In this document: in pieces, positions 19,346-28,937 of the stretch
Layout of the letters: each line of letters opens with the position of its first letter
Position numbering within the stretch: the first letter of the stretch is position 1
DNA from: Bacilli bacterium
Lineage (GTDB): Bacteria > Bacillota_I > Bacilli_A > RF39 > UBA660
Assembly (NCBI GenBank): GCA_017398945.1
Contig: JAFQES010000027.1
Location: forward strand, 67,404 to 131,403
DNA: 64,000 nt
Direction of reading: 5' to 3'
Notes under the pieces: generated by a model
The model's database searches: none
What the model was told of the DNA's origin: nothing
What the model saw: only the letters and a program-made list of their open reading frames with translations
Program-made: the position numbers and the translations under genes

Positions 19346-20559
19346 TGAAATTATTATTAAAAAGTTTAAGAAAAATAGGTGCAATTTTTTTAGTCTTAAC
19401 CCTTTTGGCATATCAGCCATTAAATGCTTACGCTAAAGAAGCTGAAACATTAGCTGATTTAAGAGAGGAGTTAAAATCTCTTCAAGCGGAAAAGAAGCGT
19501 AATGAACAATCAAAAAATGAAACTCAATCGGAAATTAATTCCAAAAAAAATGCTGTAGCAAGTGCTCACAAAGAAATTGAGCAAGCTAAAAGCGATATAA
19601 CGGTTGCTGAACAGGAAATAAATGATTGTAAAGCAGAAATAGATAAATTAACTGCCGAAACAGAAGCTTTACTAGTTTTTATGCAACAAATGAATGGAGA
19701 AAATGCTTATGTTCAATATGTAACTGGATCTAGTTCAATGACTGAACTTGTCATGCGATTAGCTGCTGTTGATCAAATAACGAGTTATAATCAACAAACA
19801 CTAACGGAGCTTGAAGAATTAATAAATCAAAATGAACAATTGAAAGTGGAATTAGAACAAAAGCAAGTTGATTTAAATCAAAAAATTGAGAACTATGAAG
19901 CAAAAATTTCAAGTTTAGGAAAAAACTTGGCAGACTTAGCTGAAGTATCAGAAGATATTGATGACCAAATAAAAAACCAAAAAGCTTTAATAAAATCTTA
20001 TGAAGATATGGGGTGTGGAGAAAATCAACTATTAAGCCAATGCGTTGAAGTAGCTAATAATGCTGGGTGGAGAAAACCGTTAAAAAGAGGCGTTGTAACA
20101 TCTTTATGGGGATATCGTAAAAGTCCAATTACTGGGGCTCAACAATTTCACAATGGTATTGATTTAGCCGGTAATGGTGAAGGTACTAGTATTTATGCTG
20201 CCGCGAGTGGAACAGTAGCAGCAATTACTTGGAAATCCAGTTGTGGAGGAAATAAAGTATATATTCATTCCTATGTAAATGGTAAAAGCTATACTCACTA
20301 TTATTTTCATTTATTAAATATTAATGTCAAAGTTGGTGACAACGTAACAACTGAAACTGTTATAGGAACGGTTGGTGGAGGCAAAAAAACTAAATCATAT
20401 GATAAATGTTCAACAGGGGCCCACCTTCACTTTGGTATAGCCACAGGCTTCTATTTAGGAGCGGGTAAAGGAAGTTATTCGTCTTATAGTAAATTAGTGG
20501 CCAATAATATTCAACCTCCGGGATTTGGCAAAAAGGGTTCTTGGTTCTATTCAAGGTAA
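19342..20559 (+). CDS. Secreted coiled-coil M23 peptidase (EnvC/PcsB-like partner of FtsEX)
   Basis: ATGA overlap with ftsX. Signal peptide, about 200-aa coiled coil, and M23 motifs HNGIDLAG and GAHLHFG. Confidence 0.85.
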   Translation: MMKLLLKSLRKIGAIFLVLTLLAYQPLNAYAKEAETLADLREELKSLQAEKKRNEQSKNETQSEINSKKNAVASAHKEIEQAKSDITVAEQEINDCKAEIDKLTAETEALLVFMQQMNGENAYVQYVTGSSSMTELVMRLAAVDQITSYNQQTLTELEELINQNEQLKVELEQKQVDLNQKIENYEAKISSLGKNLADLAEVSEDIDDQIKNQKALIKSYEDMGCGENQLLSQCVEVANNAGWRKPLKRGVVTSLWGYRKSPITGAQQFHNGIDLAGNGEGTSIYAAASGTVAAITWKSSCGGNKVYIHSYVNGKSYTHYYFHLLNINVKVGDNVTTETVIGTVGGGKKTKSYDKCSTGAHLHFGIATGFYLGAGKGSYSSYSKLVANNIQPPGFGKKGSWFYSR

Positions 20560-20584
20560 AGAAATTGATTCTTTACCTTTTATT
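20554..20584 (+). terminator. Terminator after the M23 peptidase gene
   Basis: Stem aggtaaag/ctttacct, 9-nt loop, T-rich tail. Confidence 0.5.
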
Positions 20585-20616
20585 AATTTGGTGTATAATT
20601 AACTAGGGTGATTTGC

Positions 20617-21522
20617 ATGACATTCGCAACACAGATTAAAGATGAAGTTACAAAAATTCCCCAAAATTTTTTGGAAAATTTAAGCGAGCTTGCTGCTATT
20701 GTTAGATACGATGCTATAATTGAAAATAATACAATGGTAATAACTTTAGAAAATGCTAGTATTGCACGTAGAATATATCGTAGTTTTAAAGAAATATTTA
20801 GCATTAGTCCGAAAATAGTCATTCGTAGTCAAAAAAGATTCAGAATTGATACTTTATATATATTAGAAGTAAAAGAAAAGTTATTCACAATTCAAGAAAG
20901 GCTTTTTCTAAATCAAGATTTTTCTAATCTATTACAAACCGAAGAAGAAAAAATTGCCTTCTTTAGAGGGGCATTCTTAGCTTGCGGAAGTATTAGTGAT
21001 CCAAAAATGGGAAGTTATCATTTTGAAATGGTTTTTAAAAAAAGTAAGGAAGCTGACGCTTTTCTAAGAATATTAGAAACTCTAAACTTTCATCCTAAAA
21101 AAATTAAAAGAGCTAATAAATATATGATATATATAAAATCAGCCGAAGAAATAAGTGATATTTTAAAACTATTTAAAACTACAAGCTCGTTATTTTATTT
21201 TGAAGATATTAGAATATATCGTGATCATAAAAATATGGTCAATCGCTTAAATAATTGTGAAATAGCTAATCAAGAAAAATCTATTTCAACGGGCTTGAAA
21301 CAAGTAGAGCAAATAAAATATTTAAAAGAAAATAATTTATTAGATTTATTAGATGAGAAAATAATTCTCGTGGCTAAGTATCGTGAAAAATATCCGGATG
21401 TATCTTACCAAGAGCTTGCTGAAATAATTTCTTTAGAAACAGACTATACTATTGGAAAATCAGGAATAAATCATCATTTTATTAAAATTAAAAAATTAGT
21501 CGAAAAACATCAAAATAAATAA
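20617..21522 (+). CDS. whiA: Sporulation/cell-division regulator WhiA
   Basis: N-terminus MTFATQIKDEV resembles the WhiA start. Degenerate LAGLIDADG-like core and a C-terminal HTH (GKSGINHHFIKIKKL). Confidence 0.8.
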   Translation: MTFATQIKDEVTKIPQNFLENLSELAAIVRYDAIIENNTMVITLENASIARRIYRSFKEIFSISPKIVIRSQKRFRIDTLYILEVKEKLFTIQERLFLNQDFSNLLQTEEEKIAFFRGAFLACGSISDPKMGSYHFEMVFKKSKEADAFLRILETLNFHPKKIKRANKYMIYIKSAEEISDILKLFKTTSSLFYFEDIRIYRDHKNMVNRLNNCEIANQEKSISTGLKQVEQIKYLKENNLLDLLDEKIILVAKYREKYPDVSYQELAEIISLETDYTIGKSGINHHFIKIKKLVEKHQNK

Positions 21523-21593
21523 ACATTTGTCGATATTGTCGTCAAATGCTTATTTGGGTGTTATTATTGTCTTCAGGAAATGGAGAGTAAAAG

Positions 21594-22361
21594 ATGACAA
21601 AAATAACAATTAGTAGTTTAATTAATATAATGAATGAAACTTGTAGTGAATCAGTAGCAGTTTTAGAAGGTTTACGAAAATCGTTATTTATAAAAAGTAA
21701 AGGGGAATTAATAAATCCAGATAAAGTAGAATTTAGAATAGCCGAAACAGAACTTAATAAAGACCAGACTATGGTGGAATTTATCCCGTCTTATATTATT
21801 TGCGTAAGTGGGATTGAAAAAAAGTTTAATAATGGAACTGATATAAATTGTAAAATGATATCTAATGGAAAAATAATTTCGTCTAATATTATCGGTAAAG
21901 ATTTAGGATCTATAAATATTGAGGAACATGAAGAGTTTATAGAAGAAAATTTTGAGGTGCTTTCGAAAGCGTTAGAAGAAGCAAATATAAATAAAAAGTA
22001 TGTTTCATTGAATTCATGTAACATGTGGCAATCTACATTAAGTAGGTTCTATAAAAGACCTCGTACATTGCAAGTTAAAGGCTTTGATGTGAACGATATT
22101 TACCAATTAGATATTATAGGCTCACAAATTATTTTAAAAAATCATTTATTTTGTTTTTATTATGATGTTTATAAGCGTATATTGAGTAAATCTAATTCAT
22201 CTGTTTATGAATTTATAGAAAAAGAAGTAAGCGAAGACGAATTAGAAACAATGAAAAATAACCTATTTGATAATCTATACCTTGAAGTAAATGATTTGCC
22301 TCAATTTTGGAAAACGTTAGTGCAAAAGTCCCAATTCCAATTAAAAAGAAAAAAACAATAA
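21594..22361 (+). CDS. Hypothetical protein
   Basis: 255-aa ORF with SD ggagag. No motif recognised. Confidence 0.5.
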   Translation: MTKITISSLINIMNETCSESVAVLEGLRKSLFIKSKGELINPDKVEFRIAETELNKDQTMVEFIPSYIICVSGIEKKFNNGTDINCKMISNGKIISSNIIGKDLGSINIEEHEEFIEENFEVLSKALEEANINKKYVSLNSCNMWQSTLSRFYKRPRTLQVKGFDVNDIYQLDIIGSQIILKNHLFCFYYDVYKRILSKSNSSVYEFIEKEVSEDELETMKNNLFDNLYLEVNDLPQFWKTLVQKSQFQLKRKKQ

Positions 22362-22371
22362 AAAAGTATGG

Positions 22372-22941
22372 TTAAATAATTTTATCTATTAAACCATACT
22401 TTTTTGCATCCTCGGGATCCATATAATAGTCTCTCTCTGTGTCAATAGTTATTTTTTCTAATGGTTGATTAGTGTTTTTAGCTAGTAATTTATTTAATTT
22501 ATCTTTAAGTTTTAAAATTCTTTCTGCTGCTATTTTAATGTCACTAGCTTGTCCTTGAGCTCCACCTAAAGGTTGGTGAATCATAATTTCTGCATTAGGA
22601 AGTGCATAGCGTTTTCCGCTTTCACCGCTAGATAGTAAAAATGCAGCCATGCTAGCAGCCATACCAATACAAATAGTGCTTACATTACTTTGGATAAAGT
22701 TCATTGTATCAAAAATTGCCATACCACTTGTAACACTCCCACCAGGACTATTAATATAAAGCGATATATCTTCATGGCTTAAACTATCTAAATATAACAT
22801 TTGGCTTATTATGATGTTAGCGTTGGTATCATCTATTTCCCCGGTACAAAAAATAATTCTATCTTTTAATAGTCTTGAATATAAATCATACGCATATTCT
22901 TTTTGATTATTTCTTTCAATAATAGTCGGAATAATATTCAT
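22372..22941 (-). CDS. clpP: ATP-dependent Clp protease proteolytic subunit
   Basis: [11 protein letters not shown] (active-site Ser) and IMIHQPLGG (His). The start at MNIIPTIIE is preferred over the track's longer start. Confidence 0.95.
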   Translation of the reverse strand: MNIIPTIIERNNQKEYAYDLYSRLLKDRIIFCTGEIDDTNANIIISQMLYLDSLSHEDISLYINSPGGSVTSGMAIFDTMNFIQSNVSTICIGMAASMAAFLLSSGESGKRYALPNAEIMIHQPLGGAQGQASDIKIAAERILKLKDKLNKLLAKNTNQPLEKITIDTERDYYMDPEDAKKYGLIDKII

Positions 22942-23048
22942 ATAATCACCTATAATTATAATATCTAAAAATAACAAAAGTATACAAAAAACTATATGAC
23001 AAAATAAACATATGTGTTATAATTTTGTAAGAATAGAGAGGGTACATT

Positions 23049-24692
23049 ATGAAACAAATAAAACTTAATGTAGAAAACTATGGATTTTACGAATATCCTT
23101 TTGGAATTTCTCTATATGAAGTATGTGAAGATCTAAAAATAAACTACGAGGTTGTGGGGGCTAAAATAAATAATGAATTGACTCCACTAACAACAAGAAT
23201 GGTACAAGATACTTCCATAAAATTTATTGATAGCGTTGATTTAGCTGGATATAAAATGTATAAAGCGGGATTGCAGTTTATATTTGAAGTAGCATTAAAA
23301 GAAACCTTTCCTGAATTTGAAGTTTTATATGAACATAGTGTACCTAAAGGGTTGTTAGCTGAAATCGTGGGTAATCGAATACTTACTCAAAAAGAAATTG
23401 GTATTATTAAAGGTAATATGGCCAAAATGATTGCTGAAGATTTAAAATTTGAAAAGTATAACATTTCAAAAAGAGATGCAATAGAATACTATGAAAAAAA
23501 CAATCAATTAGAAAAAGCGCGCAATATTGAAAACTGTGGAGAAGATATTGTAACTCTTTATAAATTAAAAGAAAATCTAAATTATTATTATACTGAAATG
23601 CCATATACTACAAAATCAATATCTAAGTTTGATTTAGTCTATTTAGGTAATAATCGTTTGGTGTTTTTATGGCCAAGTGCTAGAAGTGAAGGAAAAGTAC
23701 CAGAATATGTTCATTATGGCAATATTATTAAGTCGTTTTTAAATGGTAAAAACTGGTTGGAAAAAATGGAAGTTCCTTATTTAGCCGACCTAAATGAATT
23801 AGTTAGTTTATCAAAAATCAAAAATTTAATTGAAGCTAATGAATTGCTATTTAATCAATCAATAGCAGCATGTGCGGAAGCAATCGCTAATAATAACGAA
23901 AAGAAGGTGGTTTTAATAGCGGGCCCTTCATCTGCCGGAAAAACTACTACAACAAAGAGATTATCTGCATATTTAAGAGTAAAAGGTCTAAATCCTATTT
24001 CTATTTCCGTTGATGATTATTTCGTTGATAGAGAAAAAACACCTAAAGATGAAAACGGTAACTATGATTTCGAGTGTTTAATGGCAATAGATGTTGAAAG
24101 ATTTAATAGAGATTTAATGGATTTATTAAATGGTAAATCAGTCGATTTACCAGTATATGATTTTGTGGCAGGCACTCATACAAACAGTGGAAAAGTAGTA
24201 TCTTTAGCTGAAGACGGAATTATCCTTATCGAAGGTCTGCATGCATTAAATGATGATCTAACCCCACATATAAGTAATTTACTAAAATACAAGATATATT
24301 TAAGCCCTTTTATTCCACTTAACATTGATAAACATAATTATATTTCGACATTAGATTTAAGATTACTAAGAAGAATCATCAGAGATAATCGTACTAGAGG
24401 ATTGGATGTAAGTGGAACTATTAAAATTTGGCAAAGTGTGCGTAATGGTGAAGAAAGATATATTTTCCCATATATTCATCAAGCAGATACTATTATTAAT
24501 ACAGCCTTATCTTATGAGTTAGGAGTAGTGAGAGTTTATGCTGAGCCTTTACTATATTCAGTAGGCATAGATTCACCATATTATGAAGAAGCAAGAAGAT
24601 TAATAAACTTTTTAAAAAGATTTTATCTCATCCCAACAGAGTACGTTCCTAAAGACTCAATATTAAGAGAATTTATAGGTTATGGGGAATAA
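23049..24692 (+). CDS. TGS-domain / uridine-kinase-like P-loop protein
   Basis: N-terminal TGS-like beta-grasp region. P-loop GPSSAGKTTT with a downstream kinase-like core. Confidence 0.55.
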   Translation: MKQIKLNVENYGFYEYPFGISLYEVCEDLKINYEVVGAKINNELTPLTTRMVQDTSIKFIDSVDLAGYKMYKAGLQFIFEVALKETFPEFEVLYEHSVPKGLLAEIVGNRILTQKEIGIIKGNMAKMIAEDLKFEKYNISKRDAIEYYEKNNQLEKARNIENCGEDIVTLYKLKENLNYYYTEMPYTTKSISKFDLVYLGNNRLVFLWPSARSEGKVPEYVHYGNIIKSFLNGKNWLEKMEVPYLADLNELVSLSKIKNLIEANELLFNQSIAACAEAIANNNEKKVVLIAGPSSAGKTTTTKRLSAYLRVKGLNPISISVDDYFVDREKTPKDENGNYDFECLMAIDVERFNRDLMDLLNGKSVDLPVYDFVAGTHTNSGKVVSLAEDGIILIEGLHALNDDLTPHISNLLKYKIYLSPFIPLNIDKHNYISTLDLRLLRRIIRDNRTRGLDVSGTIKIWQSVRNGEERYIFPYIHQADTIINTALSYELGVVRVYAEPLLYSVGIDSPYYEEARRLINFLKRFYLIPTEYVPKDSILREFIGYGE

Positions 24693-24709
24693 AGAAAGGA
24701 AAAAAGGAA

Positions 24710-25714
24710 ATGATAAAAGTAGCAATTAATGGATTTGGAAGAATAGGAAGACTTGCATTTAGGCAAATGATTACAACAACTGATTTTGATATCGTTGCTA
24801 TAAATGATTTAACTAATGCGGAAGATTTAGCATATTTACTAAAATATGATACAGATCATGGTTCTTTTCATGAAGATGAAATATCATACGATAATGATGA
24901 ATTAATCATTGCTGGAAGTAAAAGAATAAAGGTCTACAGTGAAACTGACCCAGCAAATCTTCCGTGGGGTGAATTAGATATCGATTTGGTTTTAGAGTGT
25001 ACTGGTAAATTTACTGATGCTGAAAAAGCTAAAGCTCATATAACAGCTGGTGCAAAAAAAGTTTTAATTTCTGCTCCTGCGAAAGGAGATTTAAAAACGA
25101 TTGTTTATAGCGTTAATGATTCTACTTTAGATGGAACAGAAAACATTATTTCAGCAGCTAGTTGTACAACTAATTGCTTGGCACCAGTATTAAAAGTAAT
25201 TGATAATAATAATAAGATTATTAGAGGTTATATGACAACGGTTCATGCTTATACTAATGATCAAGCAACCTTAGATATAGCTCATAAAAAAGGAATTTAT
25301 GCCAGAAGAGGTAGAGCTTGCGCCCAAAACATTGTTCCAGCTTCAACGGGGGCTGCCAGTGCAATTGGTGAGGTTATTCCAAGTTTAAAAGGGAAATTGG
25401 ATGGACATGCGTTTAGAGTACCAGTATCTGATGGTTCCGTAATTGATGTAACTTTAGAATTAGAAAGAAATACAACAGTAGATGAAATAAATAATTTATT
25501 TAAAGCTAATGTTAGTGAAGTATTAATGGCGACTAATAATCCTATCGTTTCAAGTGACGTTCTAAATAAAAAATGTGGAGCATTAGTAGACATGTTATCA
25601 ACAAAAATATTAGAAGTGGATGGTAAACAATTAGTTAAAGTAATAGCCTGGTATGATAATGAATTTGGTTACACAGCTCAAATGTTAAGAACGGCTAAAG
25701 CGATGTTTAGATAA
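24710..25714 (+). CDS. gap: Glyceraldehyde-3-phosphate dehydrogenase
   Basis: NGFGRIGR, ASCTTNCLAP (catalytic Cys), WYDNEFGY. Confidence 0.96.
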   Translation: MIKVAINGFGRIGRLAFRQMITTTDFDIVAINDLTNAEDLAYLLKYDTDHGSFHEDEISYDNDELIIAGSKRIKVYSETDPANLPWGELDIDLVLECTGKFTDAEKAKAHITAGAKKVLISAPAKGDLKTIVYSVNDSTLDGTENIISAASCTTNCLAPVLKVIDNNNKIIRGYMTTVHAYTNDQATLDIAHKKGIYARRGRACAQNIVPASTGAASAIGEVIPSLKGKLDGHAFRVPVSDGSVIDVTLELERNTTVDEINNLFKANVSEVLMATNNPIVSSDVLNKKCGALVDMLSTKILEVDGKQLVKVIAWYDNEFGYTAQMLRTAKAMFR

Positions 25715-25738
25715 ATCAACAGAAATGTTGATTTTTTT
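25715..25738 (+). terminator. Rho-independent terminator after gap
   Basis: Stem atcaaca/tgttgat, loop gaaa, T7 run. Confidence 0.65.
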
Positions 25739-25756
25739 ATGTATTTAATTTAAAAT
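25728..25756 (+). promoter_or_regulatory. Candidate promoter (cassette copy 1) for the leader ORF and array copies 1-2
   Basis: TTGATT-N17-TAAAAT. The -35 is formed by the 3' arm of the gap terminator. Same architecture as at 28000 and 38216. Confidence 0.4.
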
Positions 25757-25777
25757 AACAACCCATAGGTGATATCT

Positions 25778-26054
25778 ATGGATAAAATACAATTACAAAA
25801 AGATATAAATGAGGTTATCAACAGTTTTAAACTATTCTTCGGAAATTTTAGAAATGAAAAAAAGAGAAGCTGTGGCTTTAATTGAAAAATTCTATTGTAA
25901 CAATTTAAATTATTTAGGTGAGATGGTTTATGGGTATAAATGTTCATATTCAGATGAAATAGATGCTATTTGTAAAAATATTAGCTTTGGTAGAAAATTA
26001 ACAAGAAAAGTTGATGATGGTACAGCTACGTGCATAGTAAAAGGGTGTGATTAA
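25778..26054 (+). pseudogene. Small Cys-containing leader ORF split by an A7 tract
   Basis: ATG at 25778 with SD aggtga gives only 35 codons (stop at 25885). The remaining 66 codons (MKKREAVALIEKFYCNN...CIVKGCD) are in the +1 frame across A7 at 25857-25863 and have no SD of their own. Confidence 0.35.
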
Positions 26055-26056
26055 AA

Positions 26057-27007
26057 ATGGGATTGTTTGATGATAAAATTGATGAGCAAGAAGAGAAATT
26101 AATTCAAAAAATTGGCAAAGACTTAAATGCTGCAATGGCTATATTTTGTCACAGATTAGTAGACAAACATACAGCAGAGGACTATAGAGAATATTCACGT
26201 CCTCATCAAAGTACGAATGAATATTTAATGGGAGTATATAGTCAAGTTGATTTATCTAGAAGTAATAATGCCTTGACCGTATTATCAAGTGGAGACCATG
26301 TTTTTAATTTGTTATATCATGATGTTTTAAATATAGATACCTTTGATTGCAACAGGTTAACAGAATATTATGCTTTAGGCTTTAAATTAACAGCCATAAA
26401 AGTTCTTACATTTAAGCAATTTGAAGATTTATTTGCTGACCGTGATGATTATGAGCGTAGTATCGAGAAATATGTAATAAGCAAAATGCCCTTTCATTAT
26501 CAATTATTTTGGCAACATCTTTTAGAAAAACGTCAAGAGATTGGTTTTGAAAGACCTACAGTGTTTGATTTTTGCCGAGATGTTGGATACGATCGTTCTC
26601 ACCATTTTGATTATTCAGAAGCGAGAACAAGATATAACACTTTAAATGCCTATCGAAATCCTGATGGTTTTGAAAAAGTAAAAGAAAATTTAAAAAAAGC
26701 TAATATAACTTTTAAAGTATCTGATATTAGAGAAATACCCCAAAAGTTTGGCGCTTATGATTTCATTGAATTATCTAATATTATTGGTGTTTTAATGAAC
26801 TGGATTGAACCAGAACTCTTAATATCTATAATAAAAAATATATATGATAACAATCTAAATGATAATGGCGAAATGATATTTGCATATAGATATAATAGTC
26901 CTACAATAGAGCGAGATGAAGTTTATAATGGTGTTAACTTTGGACGCAAACGAGCACTAAGCATATGGCCGGATTCTGCTGGCTGCTTATCCAAAAAAGG
27001 AAAATAA
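26057..27007 (+). CDS. Array paralog 1/18, DUF3419/BtaA-like SAM-binding-fold protein (family call tentative)
   Basis: HQSTNEYL; LTVLSSGDHVFNL; IDTFDCNRLTEYYALGFKLTAIKVL; YDFIELSNII; NLNDNGEMIF. Confidence 0.8.
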   Translation: MGLFDDKIDEQEEKLIQKIGKDLNAAMAIFCHRLVDKHTAEDYREYSRPHQSTNEYLMGVYSQVDLSRSNNALTVLSSGDHVFNLLYHDVLNIDTFDCNRLTEYYALGFKLTAIKVLTFKQFEDLFADRDDYERSIEKYVISKMPFHYQLFWQHLLEKRQEIGFERPTVFDFCRDVGYDRSHHFDYSEARTRYNTLNAYRNPDGFEKVKENLKKANITFKVSDIREIPQKFGAYDFIELSNIIGVLMNWIEPELLISIIKNIYDNNLNDNGEMIFAYRYNSPTIERDEVYNGVNFGRKRALSIWPDSAGCLSKKGK

Positions 27008-27009
27008 CA

Positions 27010-27888
27010 ATGATAGAAGTGACGCAAAGAGAAAAAGATATTGAAGAAGTTATAAAAAAATACTGTAGTTCAAGAAGTTTAAAAGCAATAGGTTATGATT
27101 ATAGCGAATATGGTAGGTCTTATCATTTCACCAATGAACATTTAATTGAATTATACAACCAAATAGATTTTACAAATTATCATACCGCATTAAGTGTTTT
27201 ATCTAGTGGCGATCACGTTTTTAACATGATTTATAACGGAATGGAACAAGTTGATACGTTTGATAGTAGTAGGTTAACTGAATACTATGCACTAGGTATT
27301 AAAAAAACTGCTATAGAGCAACTAAATTATCAAGAGTTTTTAACATTATTTTCTAATTCTTTATTACGTAATGATAATGAGTTGGCTTTAGAAAAATATG
27401 TATTATCTTGTACACCAAAAGAATATAAATTTTTTTGGGGATCATTTCTCGAAGCTCAAAGAAATTTGGGAGAAGAAAATCCTACAATATTTACACTTTG
27501 TCGTGATGTCGGGATAATTAGAGGAAATAATTTATATATACAAAGAGAAAAAGATTATAATAAGCTTAAAGAAAACTTAAAGCACGCAGAAATAACATAT
27601 ACGAATGCTGACATTAGAGATTTGCCTGAATTATTTAGTAGTTATGACATTATAGCATTATCAAACATAATAAGCGTTTTAGATAGTTACGTTGAGCCAG
27701 GCATTATCCACAATATGATAAAAAGTATTTATGAGTCTAATTTGAATAAATACGGACAAATGATATATGATTACAAATTTAAAGAAGATGTAATAATTGA
27801 TGATGAATATTTTAATGCAATTAATTATGCTCCAAAGCTTATAAGGAAACTAAATGGTGATGAGGCTGCTATTTTAAGAAAAAGATGA
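27010..27888 (+). CDS. Array paralog 2/18
   Basis: YHFTNEHL; LSVLSSGDHVFNM; VDTFDSSRLTEYYALGIKKTAIEQL; YDIIALSNII. ATG at 27010 is chosen because the N-terminus MIEVTQREKDIE aligns with the other copies. Confidence 0.8.
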   Translation: MIEVTQREKDIEEVIKKYCSSRSLKAIGYDYSEYGRSYHFTNEHLIELYNQIDFTNYHTALSVLSSGDHVFNMIYNGMEQVDTFDSSRLTEYYALGIKKTAIEQLNYQEFLTLFSNSLLRNDNELALEKYVLSCTPKEYKFFWGSFLEAQRNLGEENPTIFTLCRDVGIIRGNNLYIQREKDYNKLKENLKHAEITYTNADIRDLPELFSSYDIIALSNIISVLDSYVEPGIIHNMIKSIYESNLNKYGQMIYDYKFKEDVIIDDEYFNAINYAPKLIRKLNGDEAAILRKR

Positions 27889-27986
27889 TAACCTTAATAG
27901 GTTGTCAAAAATAAAAAGCTTGGGTATAGTGAATTTTTAGATTGCTGTAATTCCCATATAAAGTTAGCTAGACTACATCAGAAAAG

Positions 27987-28010
27987 AGTAACTAACAGGT
28001 TGCTTTTTTT
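27987..28010 (+). terminator. Weak terminator after copy 2 (cassette copy 2)
   Basis: 6-bp stem agtaac/gttgct (one G-U pair), loop taacag, T7 run. Confidence 0.35.
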
Positions 28011-28028
28011 ACTTTATTAAGTTAAAAT
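28000..28028 (+). promoter_or_regulatory. Candidate promoter for copies 3 onward (cassette copy 2)
   Basis: TTGCTT-N17-TAAAAT, 26 nt upstream of the copy 3 ATG. SD aagggg. Confidence 0.35.
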
Positions 28029-28054
28029 AATTAACTTAGTTAAGGGGTATTATT

Positions 28055-28924
28055 ATGATTGAAAGAAATAAAGATTTATTAGCCGCTATAAACTTGTATA
28101 ATGAAATGCAAAAATTTAGCTATAATGGATATAAATTTTATGGCTATGGAGCGTGTTATCAACAAACAAATGAAAAATTGTTGGCATTATTAAGCAAAAT
28201 TGATTTATCTAAAACAAATAAGGCTTTGACAGTAACAGCCAGCGGCGATCATATCTTAAATTTGCTTACAAAAGGTATTACCAACATTGATACTTTTGAT
28301 AGTAATCGTTTAACTGAATATTATGCATTAGGATTTAAATTGGTTGCGGCAAAGTGTTTGGATAAGGAACAATTTTTTAAACTATTCACAGAAACTCCCC
28401 ATTCCAAAGAAAATATTGCATTGCAAAAATTTGTAATTTCTTGTGCCCCTGAACAATATCGGTGGTTTTGGCAAAATTATTTTATTTTTTTAGATAATGA
28501 AAAAAATGAGCATCAGGGTATTTTTGAAATATGTCGTAAGAAAGTAGAAAATCATATAGATAATAATATATATCTACAATCTTCTCAAAATTATCTTGCA
28601 ATGCAACAAGCTTTAAATAAATCTAATATAACTTTCAATCATTTGAACGTAACACAGATTCCAGAAAATTTAGGTACTTATGATTTTATTTATTTATCAA
28701 ATATTTTTGAATATCGTCAAAAAATATTTGGTACAAACGATTCGGTAACAGATGTTGCTGAATTGGTAGAGTCAATATATAAAAACAATTTAAATATGAA
28801 TGGTGAATTATTTTATTTATATGTAATATTTAGAAATTATCAAGAAATTATGAATAGTATTAAAATTGCGGAAACGAAAATATATAGAGATAAAAATTTA
28901 AGAGTTTTAAGTTTAAAAAAATAG
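28055..28924 (+). CDS. Array paralog 3/18
   Basis: YQQTNEKL; LTVTASGDHILNL; IDTFDSNRLTEYYALGFKLVAAKCL; YDFIYLSNIF; NLNMNGELFY. Confidence 0.8.
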   Translation: MIERNKDLLAAINLYNEMQKFSYNGYKFYGYGACYQQTNEKLLALLSKIDLSKTNKALTVTASGDHILNLLTKGITNIDTFDSNRLTEYYALGFKLVAAKCLDKEQFFKLFTETPHSKENIALQKFVISCAPEQYRWFWQNYFIFLDNEKNEHQGIFEICRKKVENHIDNNIYLQSSQNYLAMQQALNKSNITFNHLNVTQIPENLGTYDFIYLSNIFEYRQKIFGTNDSVTDVAELVESIYKNNLNMNGELFYLYVIFRNYQEIMNSIKIAETKIYRDKNLRVLSLKK

Positions 28925-28937
28925 AGGTGGTGAAACA

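Noticed and set aside
26965-27009. The track's longer start for array copy 2 overlaps copy 1 by 43 nt. The same issue applies to copy 7 (31640..31723) and copy 16 (39991..40044).
   Set aside because: The extra N-terminal residues do not align with any other paralog. The internal ATGs (27010, 31724, 40045) restore the family N-terminus, and in two of the three cases they follow a strong SD.
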